Assembly (NCBI RefSeq): GCF_009914755.1
Contig: NC_060931.1
Direction: 5' to 3' (one strand)
DNA length: 64,000 nt
From: the human T2T-CHM13v2.0 reference genome, Homo sapiens
The position numbers and the translations under genes are program-made. Positions 51,411-64,000 of this stretch are shown here, in pieces. How positions within the stretch are numbered: position 1 is the stretch's first letter; every line of letters starts with the position of its first letter. Under the pieces are notes generated by a model. That model was not told the origin of the DNA. It worked only from the letters and a program-made list of their open reading frames with translations, and searched no databases.

Positions 51411-54400
51411 TCCCCCGAAGGCAGCAGTGACACAGGTGGAAGGATGAGGTGGCAGCAACCACACCTGGCCCTGTGAACAGTGCAGTCCCAGAGGGGAGTG
51501 GCTTCCTAACGCCAGCCTGCCTCCAGGAATCTGCTCACCTGCCACACACTTCACCCACCCGAGGGCCTCTGCTCCTCACCATGGAGTCCCATCTGCTCTC
51601 TGACCTGGAGAGCCCCAGGAGGATCTGCAGCTGGTCATACCTGTTAGCTTCAAGGCAGCCTCCTCTTGCTGGCTGTGATCTGGGAGTCCTGCTGGGTTTG
51701 GAGGGAGCCGTGCTGGGCAAAGCAGAGGCCGGTAGCTGCACCTGGAGGAAGGCCATGCTAGGGACCCCTTCCCCTGGCTGCACAGTCCCTACCCCGCCAC
51801 TCTGTCCCTGTGAGTTGTTCCATGGGAAAGGACATTGCATTTGTGTCTCCAGGCCGGAAAGGGAGGAGAGAGTGAAAGGTCCTGAAGGGGAAAGCCTCCA
51901 GTGCAGAGGGACCCATTTGTTCCCACTTAGACCCCCGTCCTTGGCACAGCCTTGGGCACTGTTGTTGGCTGAATAAACCTTTTCTAAGGGTCTTCTGAAT
52001 TCACCCTCCTCCACACTCTCTGGCTCTGTCTGCATACACAGTTTACTTCTTCTCTGTTATTTCTGTTTGTGTAGGAGATTTTGGGGGTCAGTGGGGGTAA
52101 GGGCCAGTGAGTTAGAGGAATCCAGGAGGGGACAGTGGGGAGAAAAGAGGAACCTGGGCCTCTCTAATCGCCTTTGCTTTCCCCTGAAATCTGGCTTGGA
52201 TCCTGCTGTTTCGCTACCCAAGTTTCATGGGGCTGTTAGGTGGCCACTTCGCTGTGATCCATGGAAGTCTCCACACATTCCATAGCTGAGAGCTTAGGAG
52301 CTCAAGAGTCCAGTGGTGCACTGAGCCTTATCCTCACGGAGCACCACGGAGCAGAGCGGGGAGCAGCTGCTGAGGTGGTTGCAGGGAACTGGGCTCCAGC
52401 CCAGGCCTCACGTCCTCCCTCTCTGCCTCTCTTCTCTCACCGGCAGTCTCTCATCTGTAGGTGGAGGGGTTCACCAGGTGATTTCTGAGGTCCCTCCCAA
52501 CCCCAGTATTTCTTAATTTCTGAGCTTCCTTAAGAGGTACACTGCAGCCCTTGCATTCCTTTGACTGGAGGCGACACAACTCTTCAAAGCTACAACCGTG
52601 TTCTTGTAAATCAACCTGCAGCCTCTCTAGAGTACATATGGACACATAGGTATCCTTTAAATTCCTGTGAACATTTTACATGTATTTTCTTAGAATTGGC
52701 ATTGGCCCTCACATGAGGCCATGCCCTCACTATGAACCCAGCCCTTTAATCTCTTTCTTTGTCCTTGCAGCCCAGCCTAAGGGCTGTCTCTCCATTTCCA
52801 GGTACTGCTGCCACCGTTTATGTATCCAAGTCACTGCAGAGCCAGTTGCTGTTGACCAGCTAATCCAGTACAGCTTGATTCAGCATATATCCAACACCTG
52901 TATGTGTAATTCACTGGTTTAGGGCTCGGAGTTATCAAAGAGAGCTGTGCATGGTCCCAGCCCTTGAGGAACCCACAGCCTGGTAAGGATTGGACAGTGA
53001 CAGAGGTGGCATGTGGGAGGGAATAAGGCAATGCACAGACAACCTAATTCTAGGAAATCAAGGACTCTCTTTTCCAAAATTTTTATGGGTCCCATTCCCA
53101 CTGGCCATGCTGGGCCTGGAGCATGTGTGGATGTGGCCACATAGGACCCTCTGTCCAAAGCAGAAAATAGGAGCTCATTCATGGCCCTGGGGCTGGAGAC
53201 ATGGCTTCTACCTGCCTTTTCCACTTGTCACAGCGAGAGAGGCTTCTACCACATATTTTGCTGGGGTGAGACCATATACTGCACATCTGTGGGGTGTGGT
53301 GGAAGGAGCTCCAGAGGGCAGCCTGGAGGTCCAAGACCCAGCCCGGCCTTTGCACTCACTGGCCGTGTTAGCTTCGTCATGTCCTGACCTCTCTAGCATG
53401 TCCTGACCTCTCTAGGACAGCATACATGTCCTCATCTGTGCACAAAGTGGTTGGAAGAGTTCATTTCTGAGGTCCCCTCTGGATTTGCTGCTGTGGCTAC
53501 CCAAACTCTGTTCAACCCCATGAGCTCCCGACTTCATGCACAAGGGGAAAACCCTCAGCCTCCAGCCTCCCCTTGAGCCTCCAGCTCCCTCTTCTAGGTG
53601 GGAGGGTCCCTCTCTTTGGGCTCCTGTGGGAAAGAAGCAAACACTATCAACCCTTACTGGTCTCCTGGAAAATGGTCCCTCCAGGCTTCTTTTTGTCCCA
53701 GCCTGGCTTCCTTCCCTCCTCTCAGTACACCTGTGCACATGCTTGCCTTCTCCCTAACCTCATCCCAAGTGCCACTGTGAATCAGGGAATTGAAACCGTT
53801 TTTCATATTAAGCAAAGCATCTGCCACAAAATCCCATCGCACCTTTAAAATCCAATTAGCAGTGATTTGGGAGGATGTTCTTTTTTAGGACTGGATCATC
53901 CATTTGCTCCATTAGAATAATTGCAAGTTGACTTGAACAGGCACTGAGATCCCCAATGTAAAGCCCTGTCAGGGCCCTTTAGGAGCCACCTCTATGAGAA
54001 AGATGACGTTGATGTGGATAAGCAAAGTGCAATGGAGACCCGGTGGCACAATGAAGTTATGAAGAAGTTACTTCATAGCTTTTTATTGGGCAGTGGTCTT
54101 GTGAATGTCTCAGGTAGGGAGGTACTATTGGGGATAATGGCACCTGTTAGGACAGTGGATGCTGGTGTGTGTGCATATGTGTGTGCATTCATGTGCGTGT
54201 GTATGAGTATGTGTGTTTGTGAAGTTAGAAAGAATGTGGTTGGTTAGGGCTTCCAGGCTTCCAAATGCCTGGAAGAAGGTGAGTTTTTATATCAGCTCCA
54301 GCATCTGTAGGAAAGCCGGAGAAGAACACTAGCATCCCCAGCATCCCTTCTGTGGAGCTGAACCCCTCAGCCTCTCCAGATAGGGGATCCTTGTTTTCAT

Positions 54401-55112
54401 CCCTGGAGACCCAGCCCTCTTGCAAATGGCTCTCCATAGAGGCAATGTCTCCAGAGAGACTTAATTGGCAATGCTTCACTGAGCACAGAAACCTGGGATA
54501 TGACAGTTCCTGCTCTTTAAATTGTCAAGGAAGGCAATGTGCTCTGAACTGCAGCTGCTGGGAGTGCAGGGGGACCCATCTTAGAGTCTCCTCCGCCTTC
54601 CAGCCTCTGCTTCTGAATGTTCTGGGAACAAGAAACAGCAACAGAGAAATGAACAGGTAGATGGAGCACGATGAGCAACATAAGCTCAACTAGCCTTTTT
54701 ATGGTCAGGCCATGAGGATCCTGGGGAAGGCAAACCTGGCTTTGCTATCCAGTGCCAGGACCATGTGAACTGAGTGCAGCTGACACTCTGTGGGCACAGC
54801 CGGGGCTGAGCCATGTTTTGGCTGTTTCCCCATGGTTCTGCCCCTTGAAGCATAAAGTTGTGTCACCTGGTGATCCAAGTCTTGATGATTCAGGGCTCTT
54901 TCTGGGGTGAGACTTCATCTGAACAGCTGTCCTAGGGCTGGGATGATAGGGAGCCAGGAGGCACATGTGTGGAGACCTCTCTAGGTTTTCCCACTAAGGG
55001 AAGGAGAGTCCTGGACAGGGCTGGGGAAAGGAAGGAATGTGATAGCGGACAGATGAAATCAGGAGCAGAGGCAGCAAAAGATTAGGACTTGGGTGAAGAA
55101 AGGTAGAAATAG

Positions 55113-55410
55113 GGCCATGTGCGGTAGCTCATGCCTGTAATCCCAGCACTTTGGGAGGTTGAGGTGGGCAGATCATGAGGTCAGGAGTTGGAGACCAGCC
55201 TGACCAACATGGTGAAACCCCATCTCTACTAAAAAACAAAAATTAGCCAGGGGTGGTGGCACGCGCCTTTAATCCCAGCTACTCAGGAGGCCAAAGCAGG
55301 AGAATAGCTTGAACCTGGGATGTGGAGGTTGCAGTGAGCCAAGATTGCACCACTGCACACCAGCCTGGGTGGAAGAGCGAGACTCCATCTCAAAAAAAAA
55401 AAAAAAAAAA
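55113..55410 (+). mobile_element. AluS (Sg-like)
   Basis: Full Alu with poly(A); TSD AAGGTAGAAATAG (55100-55112 and 55411-55423). Confidence 0.97.
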
Positions 55411-56744
55411 AAGGTAGAAATAGGTGAGGTCGTGAGTAAATCCTAAAGAAAGTTTTCCTAGAGGGTTCTTAATTGAGAAGGATACCATGGAAGGCTAGGA
55501 TCAGTTCATGACCTTGACATATTTACTCGGAGCTTGGACCAGTCCATTATTTTCTATTTCATATGCCACATCTGAAACACTTTTGATTCATCCAGTTTAT
55601 TTCTTAGCCTGACCTTTGTTAGTAATTTCCTTGAGGACAGTTGTTATGTGTGCATTTATTATGCAGCCAGGGCATAGGAAGCAGGGAAATGCCCATTCCA
55701 CTCTTCCCTTCCTCTTGCCGTAGTTTTTAAATAATAAGGCTCCTTCTGTTTTCTGTTTTTGTGCATTGTCTTCTGAAAGCAGATGGGGGAAATAAATCAG
55801 GTAGGGAAATAGGAAGAAAGTAAACTGCTGTTCTTCAATTAGATTAGGACAGAGTACTTCCTGGGACAGCATACAAAGTAATTATATATTTGTTGAATGA
55901 AGTATCCAGAGATCCCAGGATCAAATTTGGGAATGTATAGCCAAAAGGACATAGAAAAAAAATCATCTTTTTTGGTCTCCCACTGACTTGCCCTTGGCCT
56001 CTATGTAAAGTTGCTGGTGCATCCTCAACTGCCAACTGCTGTAGTTTTATTTCACATGTCTGTTGTGTGTGCGGGACTCCTAGCCTCACCACTCTATCTT
56101 GTGAAGCTGGGGCTTTCACAATGTGGTTCATGCCTCCAGGACACACAGTCCTAGAGCTTTAATGTATACCAACCTATGACACTCCTCAATTCATCCTTGC
56201 TAATCAATTGGTCTCTAATTACCTCCATTAGCATTCTTATTAGCTCCACATCAGGAACTCTGAACCTGTGGACTCTTCTCTTTAGCGATCTCTGCACCTG
56301 CGGTCCTATCAAAGCAAGATCTGGGCCTTAATATTTATAAACATTAGGCTAATTTCAATTAGCTCTCTCCTGCTCCTTTTCCTCTTCTTCTTCCTCCTTC
56401 CTGCTCCCCGTCATTGCCCGTGTGGATTAACATTTACACTCTTCTGGCTTAACTTCTACTGTGGATATCCAGTCTTATCCAGCCGTGAGATACAGGCATA
56501 GGAGTTTCCAAAAAAATCTTCACTTTACAGCAGGTTGATTTAGACCCAGCAAGGGCTGGCCAGGCTCACATGGACAGCACACCTCTATTCAGTGAGCTTT
56601 CTCAGTCTTCTTAGAACCCATAGTACCAAACACCATTTACAACAGAGTAGGTGCTCCATAAATCTGTGGCTGTACTGCAAAATATTGGAATATGTTCTCT
56701 CTTGGAAATATTCTGTTCTTCAGCATCTTCTCCTTAATCCCCAT

Positions 56745-56810
56745 ATGATCATGACCATCATCATCATCACCACCACCACCACCACCACTGCCACCACTAT
56801 CTTCATCATC
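56745..56810. repeat. (CAT)n/(CAC)n compound trinucleotide repeat
   Basis: Direct reading. Confidence 0.9.
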
Positions 56811-57699
56811 TTAGAGCTCCATAGTGCTGAAACTCACAGCCATAGTGGCTGATGGAAAAATCCATGCACAGGGAGGAAATGTGACTATCTCAGCTGATAG
56901 CCCTCTGCATCTGAGGCAGAGCATCCTGCCCTGACACGTCTGTGTAGCTGTGGCACCGCCATCTGGATGCCTCTTCTCCCACCTTTAATGCTGTCAGCCA
57001 AGCTAGTTGATTAGTTTCTTCCATTCAGTTGCATCCTGCCGCTCTCTTGCTGCAAAAATGTTCAGAGAACAGATTGCATAGATGAGCACATTTCAGAACT
57101 TGGTCTGTTTACTTCCCTCTGTTTCCCATCCTGTGCTGGTGGGTGGTCTTATGCGACAAGCAAGGTTAACAACGCCTTCCTTGGGCTGATCCCTCCTATA
57201 GTGAGCACGGGGAGAATGAGGCATCTCTCCCTAGTTACAAATGCTGCAGGCCTCTCCTACCTTAGTTCAGATTCAAGGACCGAGAACCGAAGGTGGAATG
57301 CCCACAGTCCTCCATGGTGAACAGATAAAGCAAATAGGATCCAGCTGGGTTTCCATGAGCCCAAGTGGCTTGTGTACCCTGATTCCTAACCTTGAGCACA
57401 ACTGTACCCAAGAAGACGCTTGGAACTCTGGAAGATCCAGATGCTAATTAAGTAGGGAAGGGCTATGGGGAGCCACCATGATGATCATTCAACCTAGATA
57501 TTCCCTATGTTCTCACAAGCCTCTTTTGTACTGGACAACTCCACAAAACCATCCAGCATAAGCACTGATGATCAGAGAACTCTGATCTTTATGGGGAGTA
57601 AGCAAACTCCACATTTTCTAGATCCAGGCAAGGAACAATACTTAAGTATTGCCTACACTGAATGGGGCTAGAGGTTAGCTTATTTTGCAATTAAAATGA

Positions 57700-58232
57700 A
57701 GTGTGGTTCTATTTATATAAAGTTCTAGAACAGACTAAGAGTCTATTGCAGAAAAGGTCAAGAAGGTGGTTGCCTTGAGGTATCCGGGGGAGGGAGGAGG
57801 GAATTCCTGAAGAAGGGCCACTAGAGAATTTTCAAGGGTGTTGGCAAAGTTCTGTATCTTCATGTGGATTTGGGTTGCAACAGGTATCTGCATTTATCAA
57901 CATTTAGCAAATGTACTCTTAAGATTTGTGCATTTTATCATATGTAAATTGTACCTCAAAGGAAATCTGTAACAAATCTTGAAATCTAGTTAATGATATC
58001 CATGCTGGAGTATTTAGGGAGAAGTGTGCTAATGCTTATAATTTATTTTAAAATGCATCAAAAATAGGACAGAGTGATGGATGGATAGAGGGATGTACAG
58101 ACGGACAGGAACATGAGAATGCACATATAGGAAAATGTTAATGGAAGAATTTAGTTGGTGGAGAGATGTGTGTTTGTTGTAAAATCCTGTCAACTTTGCC
58201 TTATGTGTGACTTTTCATAATAAAATGTGGGG
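57700..58232 (+). mobile_element. Old L1M (L1ME/MD-like) 3' end
   Basis: ttctatttatataaagttctagaacag, gttctgtatctt, cttaagatttgtgcatttta, ttttcataataaaatgt. Confidence 0.8.
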
Positions 58233-58686
58233 ATGAGAATAAGATGGGGCAACTTGAAGGAGGACAGAAGTCTTTTCCTAATTATTTTCACTTTTGTGTA
58301 TCACTGCTGAAACAGTTTTAAATTCATAATTATCCCAGCTTCACTGGATTCAAAAGGGTCAGATGCCACAATTTTATTTTAAAGCATCAAGTACCAACAA
58401 CAGACACTGAAGACAAAACTGCTTCTTCATCTCATTAAGGGATAAATGTACCTGGAATGAAAATAAATCCCAAGGCCCCAAGTGGCTCATTCAGTGCAAC
58501 CTCAAAGTCAGAGAAATCAGGGAGATGCTATGAAGGCAGCATTACACCTTGCAGGAGAATGCAGGGTTTGGAACAGAATGTTCCAGGTGGCATCATGTGA
58601 GATCACGAAATCAAGATACTTCAAAAAATATCCTTTATGAAGCTGAGAAATTTGTTTTCATCCTAACCTCAATAAAACTGACTCTA

Positions 58687-58985
58687 GCCAGATGCAGTAG
58701 CTCACGCCTGTAATCCTAGCACTTTGGGAGGCTGAGGCCAGCAGATTGCCTGAGCTCAGGAGTTTGAGACCAGCCAGGGCAACATGGTGAAACCTCATCT
58801 CTATTAAAATACAAAAAATTAGCCGGGTGTTGTGGCGCATGCCTATAATCCCAGCTACTTGGGAGGCTGAGACAGGAGAATTGCTTGGACCTGCGAGGCA
58901 GAGGTTGCAGTGAGCCAGCCTGGTCCATCCTGGGTGATAGAATGAGACCCTGTCTCAAGAAACAACAACAACAAAAACAACAACA
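58687..58985 (+). mobile_element. AluS with a 3' internal deletion and (AAC)n tail
   Basis: TSD AAAACTGACTCTA (58674-58686 and 58986-58998). Confidence 0.96.
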
Positions 58986-60512
58986 AAAACTGACTCTACT
59001 AAGAAACTGGAATCCTTGCTAGGCGATGAGAGAATGCCAATGTCTGGCCTGTTCAGATTCACTCGAGGTAACTGCTCTGCCCCTCTGGCTAGTATCTGAC
59101 CCTCCTGTACACCTTTGCAGATGTGACTCTAGTAGCTGGGTTGTCATGGAGAAGTTGTGCTCTTTGCTCTTGACTCAAGTCTAGAATAAAGTTTGAAATT
59201 TTTCATGCAGTTTGCATCTTAGATCCAAAATGAGTCTTGCTATGTCACCTGAATAATTGTGGATCCTTACAGCTCAGTCTCTCTACAGAATTGCATGTAA
59301 AAAGGTACAGAAAGACATCAGTAAAATGGCAATATAGAAGGAATTTCAGACTTTACTTGTATCTCTCAAAGAACATCTCTTTAATGTTTAACACATTCTC
59401 AAACCCATAGCAATTATTGAAAGCTCTTTGTTTCTGTTCAATTAATTCTTGTTTATTTTGTACCTCTCCAGAACCTACAAACAAATCCCCCAAACTCTCT
59501 CCTTTTTATTTTTGTCTCTTTCTTTTCTAGTTTTTTAAAAAAATGTATAGGATCTTAGCCTTTCTGGCTCAGATCTTCCTGCTTCCCCTCACCTCTAACC
59601 TCTCTGATTCTATCCACCTATTTTCCTGATTGCATCTAAAAAGATGTGAGAACCTGGCTGAAAATTTTTCCTTTGGAGTTTATATGTGTGTGCAGGGGTA
59701 GTGAGAGGGCAGGTGGTTGTGAGGGATAGAGGGAGTTGTGGGGGCAGTGGGAGAGAACAGAGGCAGTTCTGGATGACCAGAAGTTTGAAGGGTAAGAGAG
59801 AGGCGATGAAATGATGGGGTAATAAACATTATTTTTATAGTGTGTACAAGTTGTCTTTCCCAACACTTTATACAAGGTAAACACTCAAGGACAGTTCCTT
59901 CTTCCCAGCCGCTTCCTTTGTCTTCTCTTACTTTAAGGTGAATCTCTCCCCTAGAGCATATTAATTGTTCAGTTTCTAGAGATGTTTTTGTTCAGTGGCT
60001 TCCCTGGGACCATATCATTATAACTCCTGGTACCAAAACGATCACAAGCAGTTGGAGTCTTCTCTTCCTTTTTCTAAGAAACCCCAACCGAGATCATGGA
60101 GGTGGCCTCAAGAGATGAGTATCTCTCTCCACCAGCTGTGAGCTGATCAGAGTGAGAGTGGAAGTTGTTGCAAAAAAGAAAGAATTGATTTGGTTGTCCA
60201 ATAGTGAGCAAGATAAAAAGCTACTGACTTGAGAGCCTGACTTTCTTTGATCAGGGCTAAAGCTCCCTTCACGGACCCTCATTCCTAGACTCGGCCATCT
60301 GCATCTCCTGGCTGGTGGCGTAGGGAAGGGCAGGCAGCGGGCAATGGGAAGGCCTTGCCTTGCTGGTTCTGTGAGTCACGCTAAGGGGCTGGGGCTGAGC
60401 ATCGGTTCTCAATCTTTCCATGAGACAGTGAAAGTCCTTGGCAGCCTGGAAAAGATGAGGAATTGAACAGGAATCATCAGAGCCTGGTGTTTATTATATT
60501 CAGCTTCTTGCC

Positions 60513-60858
60513 TGTATTAGTCCATTTTCATGCTGCTGATAAAGACACACCTGAGACTGAATAATTTATTTAAAAAAAGAGGTTTAATGGACTCACAGTT
60601 CCACGTGGCTGGGAAGGCCTCACAATCATGGCAGAAGGCAAAGGCACATCTTACATGGCGACAGGGAGAATGCGAGCCAAGCGAAAGGGGAAACACCTTA
60701 TAAAATCTCATGAGACTTATTCACTACCACAAGAACACTATGGGGGAAACCGCCCCCATGATTCAATTATCTCCCACAGTGCCCTCCCACAACACTTAGG
60801 AATTATGGGAGCTCTAATTCAAGATGAGATTTGAGGGGGGAACAGCCAAACCATATCA
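60513..60858 (-). mobile_element. THE1 (THE1C-like) solo LTR
   Basis: TGTATTAGTCC...CCATATCA termini; perfect 5-bp TSD TTGCC. Confidence 0.96.
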
Positions 60859-63670
60859 TTGCCCATTCCCTCTTTCTACCAGCTTCAGAGCCATTTTCCT
60901 TTTCTTGCAGCAGGGATGGTTTGCAGCAAGTTGCTGCAACGAGATGACTTGGCTGGGGCTGGAGAGATGAAGGGACTGGTGGGGGCAAAAATCCTCCTGC
61001 TCACTGATGATTTCTAATTTGAGGGAAGCTGAGTCTGTGTAGGGCAAAGTACCTGAACTGTGATTGGTTTGATGTGTTTGCCCATGATGTGGTTTCCCCC
61101 AAGAAGCCCATTCAAGCTGAGAAGAGGACCGGTAGGATGGCAAGGTCAAAATAGACTGCAGGTATTTAAAAGAGAACGAAACAAACAAACAAAAACCACA
61201 CCACCATGTCTTGGAGGGGCTACTTTCAAAACTGAGAATGACATGTTAGCCTAACTCAGAGAAATTCTGTGGGCCCGATCCAGAGGTGCCACCATTTTGG
61301 ATCAGATGGGTGAGAAGAGAAAAATTCTGGCTCGGTGAGGTGGACCTGGAGTCCAGACAGAAAGGATATATCTTCACCCTGAATAGAAGAGCTTTGAGAA
61401 AGAGGCTCACTAGGGCCGAGGGAAGTAGAACAGGAAAATTAAGAAAGTAAAACTGGGAATGGCAGTAAAAATCCAATTTATATGGTAATCTATGCCAGGC
61501 TAACAAGCTGACATGGGCACAGCTGGGACCAGACCACTGATTTATTTGGGTGCAGCATGCGCCCTGACAGCTCCATGCCTACCCTCAATAGGAGGCTCTA
61601 CAGTCCAGGGTGCCAAAGCCTGGTAGGGGAATACCTCTGAGAGGCCTGGGGGAGGGCATGGGGTTCAGGGAGCAGAAGATCTTGATCTCATGAGTGGGAG
61701 GCAGCCTCAAGGGTAATGCCAAGCTGGGGAGGCAGGCATGGGGGCTGGCCCAGTCGCTGTAAGACTCCTCACCCTACCCCCGCCCTCCGCGGGGGTGGGC
61801 ACGGCCACTGGCAAGACCCCGTCCTGTGCTGGCCTCCCTTCTGTTTGGGTCTGTGAATCAAGGAGGCCCGGGTAACCATGGCTCGACTCCCCCAGCCCCA
61901 GGAATCTGAGTGTCCTCTTGTGTGACTTCAGGAGAGCAGAGCCCGTGTGCACCTGCTGGATCCCGTCACTTCTGCTCAGGATCTCACTTGGAAGTCAGTG
62001 GGAAGGGTGGCTGTGAGCTAGTTTTGTTTTTTTCTTTCTATTGGGTCCCTTTGGTTTTAGTAACTTGTTTCCCAAAATGTTGTTCTCCAGAGAATCCCAG
62101 TTCCCTTTCAGGGTCTCTGGGCCTGTGTTCCACCTTTCTGAGGCATAGCCAGCTACCAAAATGGGAGGAGGCTTTCTGGCCCTCACTAGTGACCAGGCCG
62201 GCTCCGGTCTCCCTGCTGTGATCCTGCCCCAGCCAGCCTGCCTGGCTTTCTGGAGCAGGGTACCTTCTGTCACACCTCCAGGGAGGGGTTGCCCTGGAGA
62301 CGGAGGACGGGGTGTTAACAGCCACCTGAGACAGCCGGATTTCACCGAGTTTGGCGGAGCTGGGCTCTCTCATATGTATTTAGAAGTGACAGCTGTAATG
62401 CAGGGAGGCAAGGGAACATGAGTAGCAATTTTCTCCTGTGTCTCTTGCTTTCTGCACCCCCACGCCTGGATGTGAGGGAGCACACGAAGAGGGAGCAGCA
62501 CAAAGAGTGTATGCCCCCAGCTGTTGGCGAGTGGGAGGAAAGAAGGAGGCTGAGGGGCTCTCCTAAGGGAGAGAGGTGTCCAAGGAAAGACCCCAGAGAT
62601 CCACACTAGGGCTTTGTTGAAAACCCTTCCTCCTGTCCCTCCACCACCAGGGACAGGTGACGGAACACCACAAGGCAAAGGGAGAGAGGAAGACCCCAGA
62701 GGCCATGACTGGGGCAAGCAGGAAGTGAAGGCTCTAATGTTAGACCTGCCTCAACTGTTGACCTTGGGCAATGTCTTGATTCTCCCAGATGTCAGGGCCT
62801 AAGTGTCTATGGCCGAGCAGGGGGACGGGTTTTCTGAGCTCTGGGTGACTGCTGATTTTCTCTGATGGGTTCAATAACCTTCTATATTCTCTGTGTAACT
62901 TATCTACCCTCCAAGATGCAGCTCAAATCTCGGCTTCTCTGAAGAGACTTTGCTGTCTGCTCCATCTGTGGAGTTCCTATGGCAATGATACTTTTCCTGT
63001 TCATTTGGCAATTCATCATGAACTGTCTTGTAGCATTTCTTTCTGCCACCATCAAAGTGCAGCCAAGTCATCTGTTTAACTTTCACCATGTTTATGGTCT
63101 ATTTAGTTATGCCATAAGCTCTGAAGGGCAAAGTCCAGGCCTTCTATGGTCTAGTATGTTCTATACCCAGAACAGTGAAGATTCTATATTTAATGGGAAG
63201 GCAAAGCAAATGCCAATTCTATGTCACAGCCTCTTTGGAAAAGCCTTGTCTGGGTCGGAGACGGGGTGCAGACAACCTTCCTTCTTGCTGAGTTGATGGG
63301 AAGTTGAGTTGAGGGCAAGATTATCTTTCCTGGCTGTCTCTCAGGTCACATTCTCTGCTAGGAGAATGCCCCGAGCTGGCAGCAGGGGCAGGACTGGCCT
63401 CAATGCACCTCTTGCATCCCATCCCATATTTCTGCAGTTCCCACTGGTGAGGGCTGGGCAGTGGGGAAGGGGGGCTCTCTCCCATTGGCTTTGCCCCAGA
63501 TGACCGCTTGCTCTCAGGTGTCCATGACTGGAGTCTTACCTTTATTCAGTACCTCCCTCCCACCCCACCTGCCCATGCAGGCTGTTAGCTTGATTCCAGA
63601 AGAAAAGAGTTACACTTTCCATAAAATTTTGTGGAAAGAGATTCTAGTTGATGCAATAATTCTATTTTTA

Positions 63671-63975
<305 letters not shown>

Positions 63976-64000
63976 ATAGAAGAAGAAACTTTCAGACAAT

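Noticed and set aside
51449-52035. Overlapping 175-aa (+) and 166-aa (-) ORFs
   Set aside because: No recognisable domain; consistent with chance ORFs in GC-rich DNA.

Overview
This is primate, most likely human, non-coding genomic DNA that is intronic or intergenic. I found no supportable intact protein-coding gene, RNA gene or CRISPR. It is dense in interspersed repeats: Alu J/S/Y, MIR, L2, L3/CR1, old L1M, MaLR (including a full-length THE1 with perfect TSDs), MER51, ERVL LTRs and MER58. The main non-repeat feature is an old, full-length processed pseudogene of ZNF384 (CIZ/NMP4) at ~45238-48514 (+), inserted into an L1MC 3' end. A ~315-bp inverted copy of its own distal 3' UTR (~92% identical by hand count) sits inside its 5' CDS. 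Any read-through transcript would therefore fold into a long dsRNA stem homologous to the parental 3' UTR, and a same-strand MER51 LTR lies ~0.8 kb upstream. The retrocopy also preserves an unusual splice isoform with a MIR-like cassette. Other oddities are a ~710-bp (CCCTT)n/(AAGGG)n-type expansion at an Alu tail and two more short local templated duplications. Repeat subfamily names and the ZNF384 assignment come from recall of consensus and protein sequences, not from a database search.
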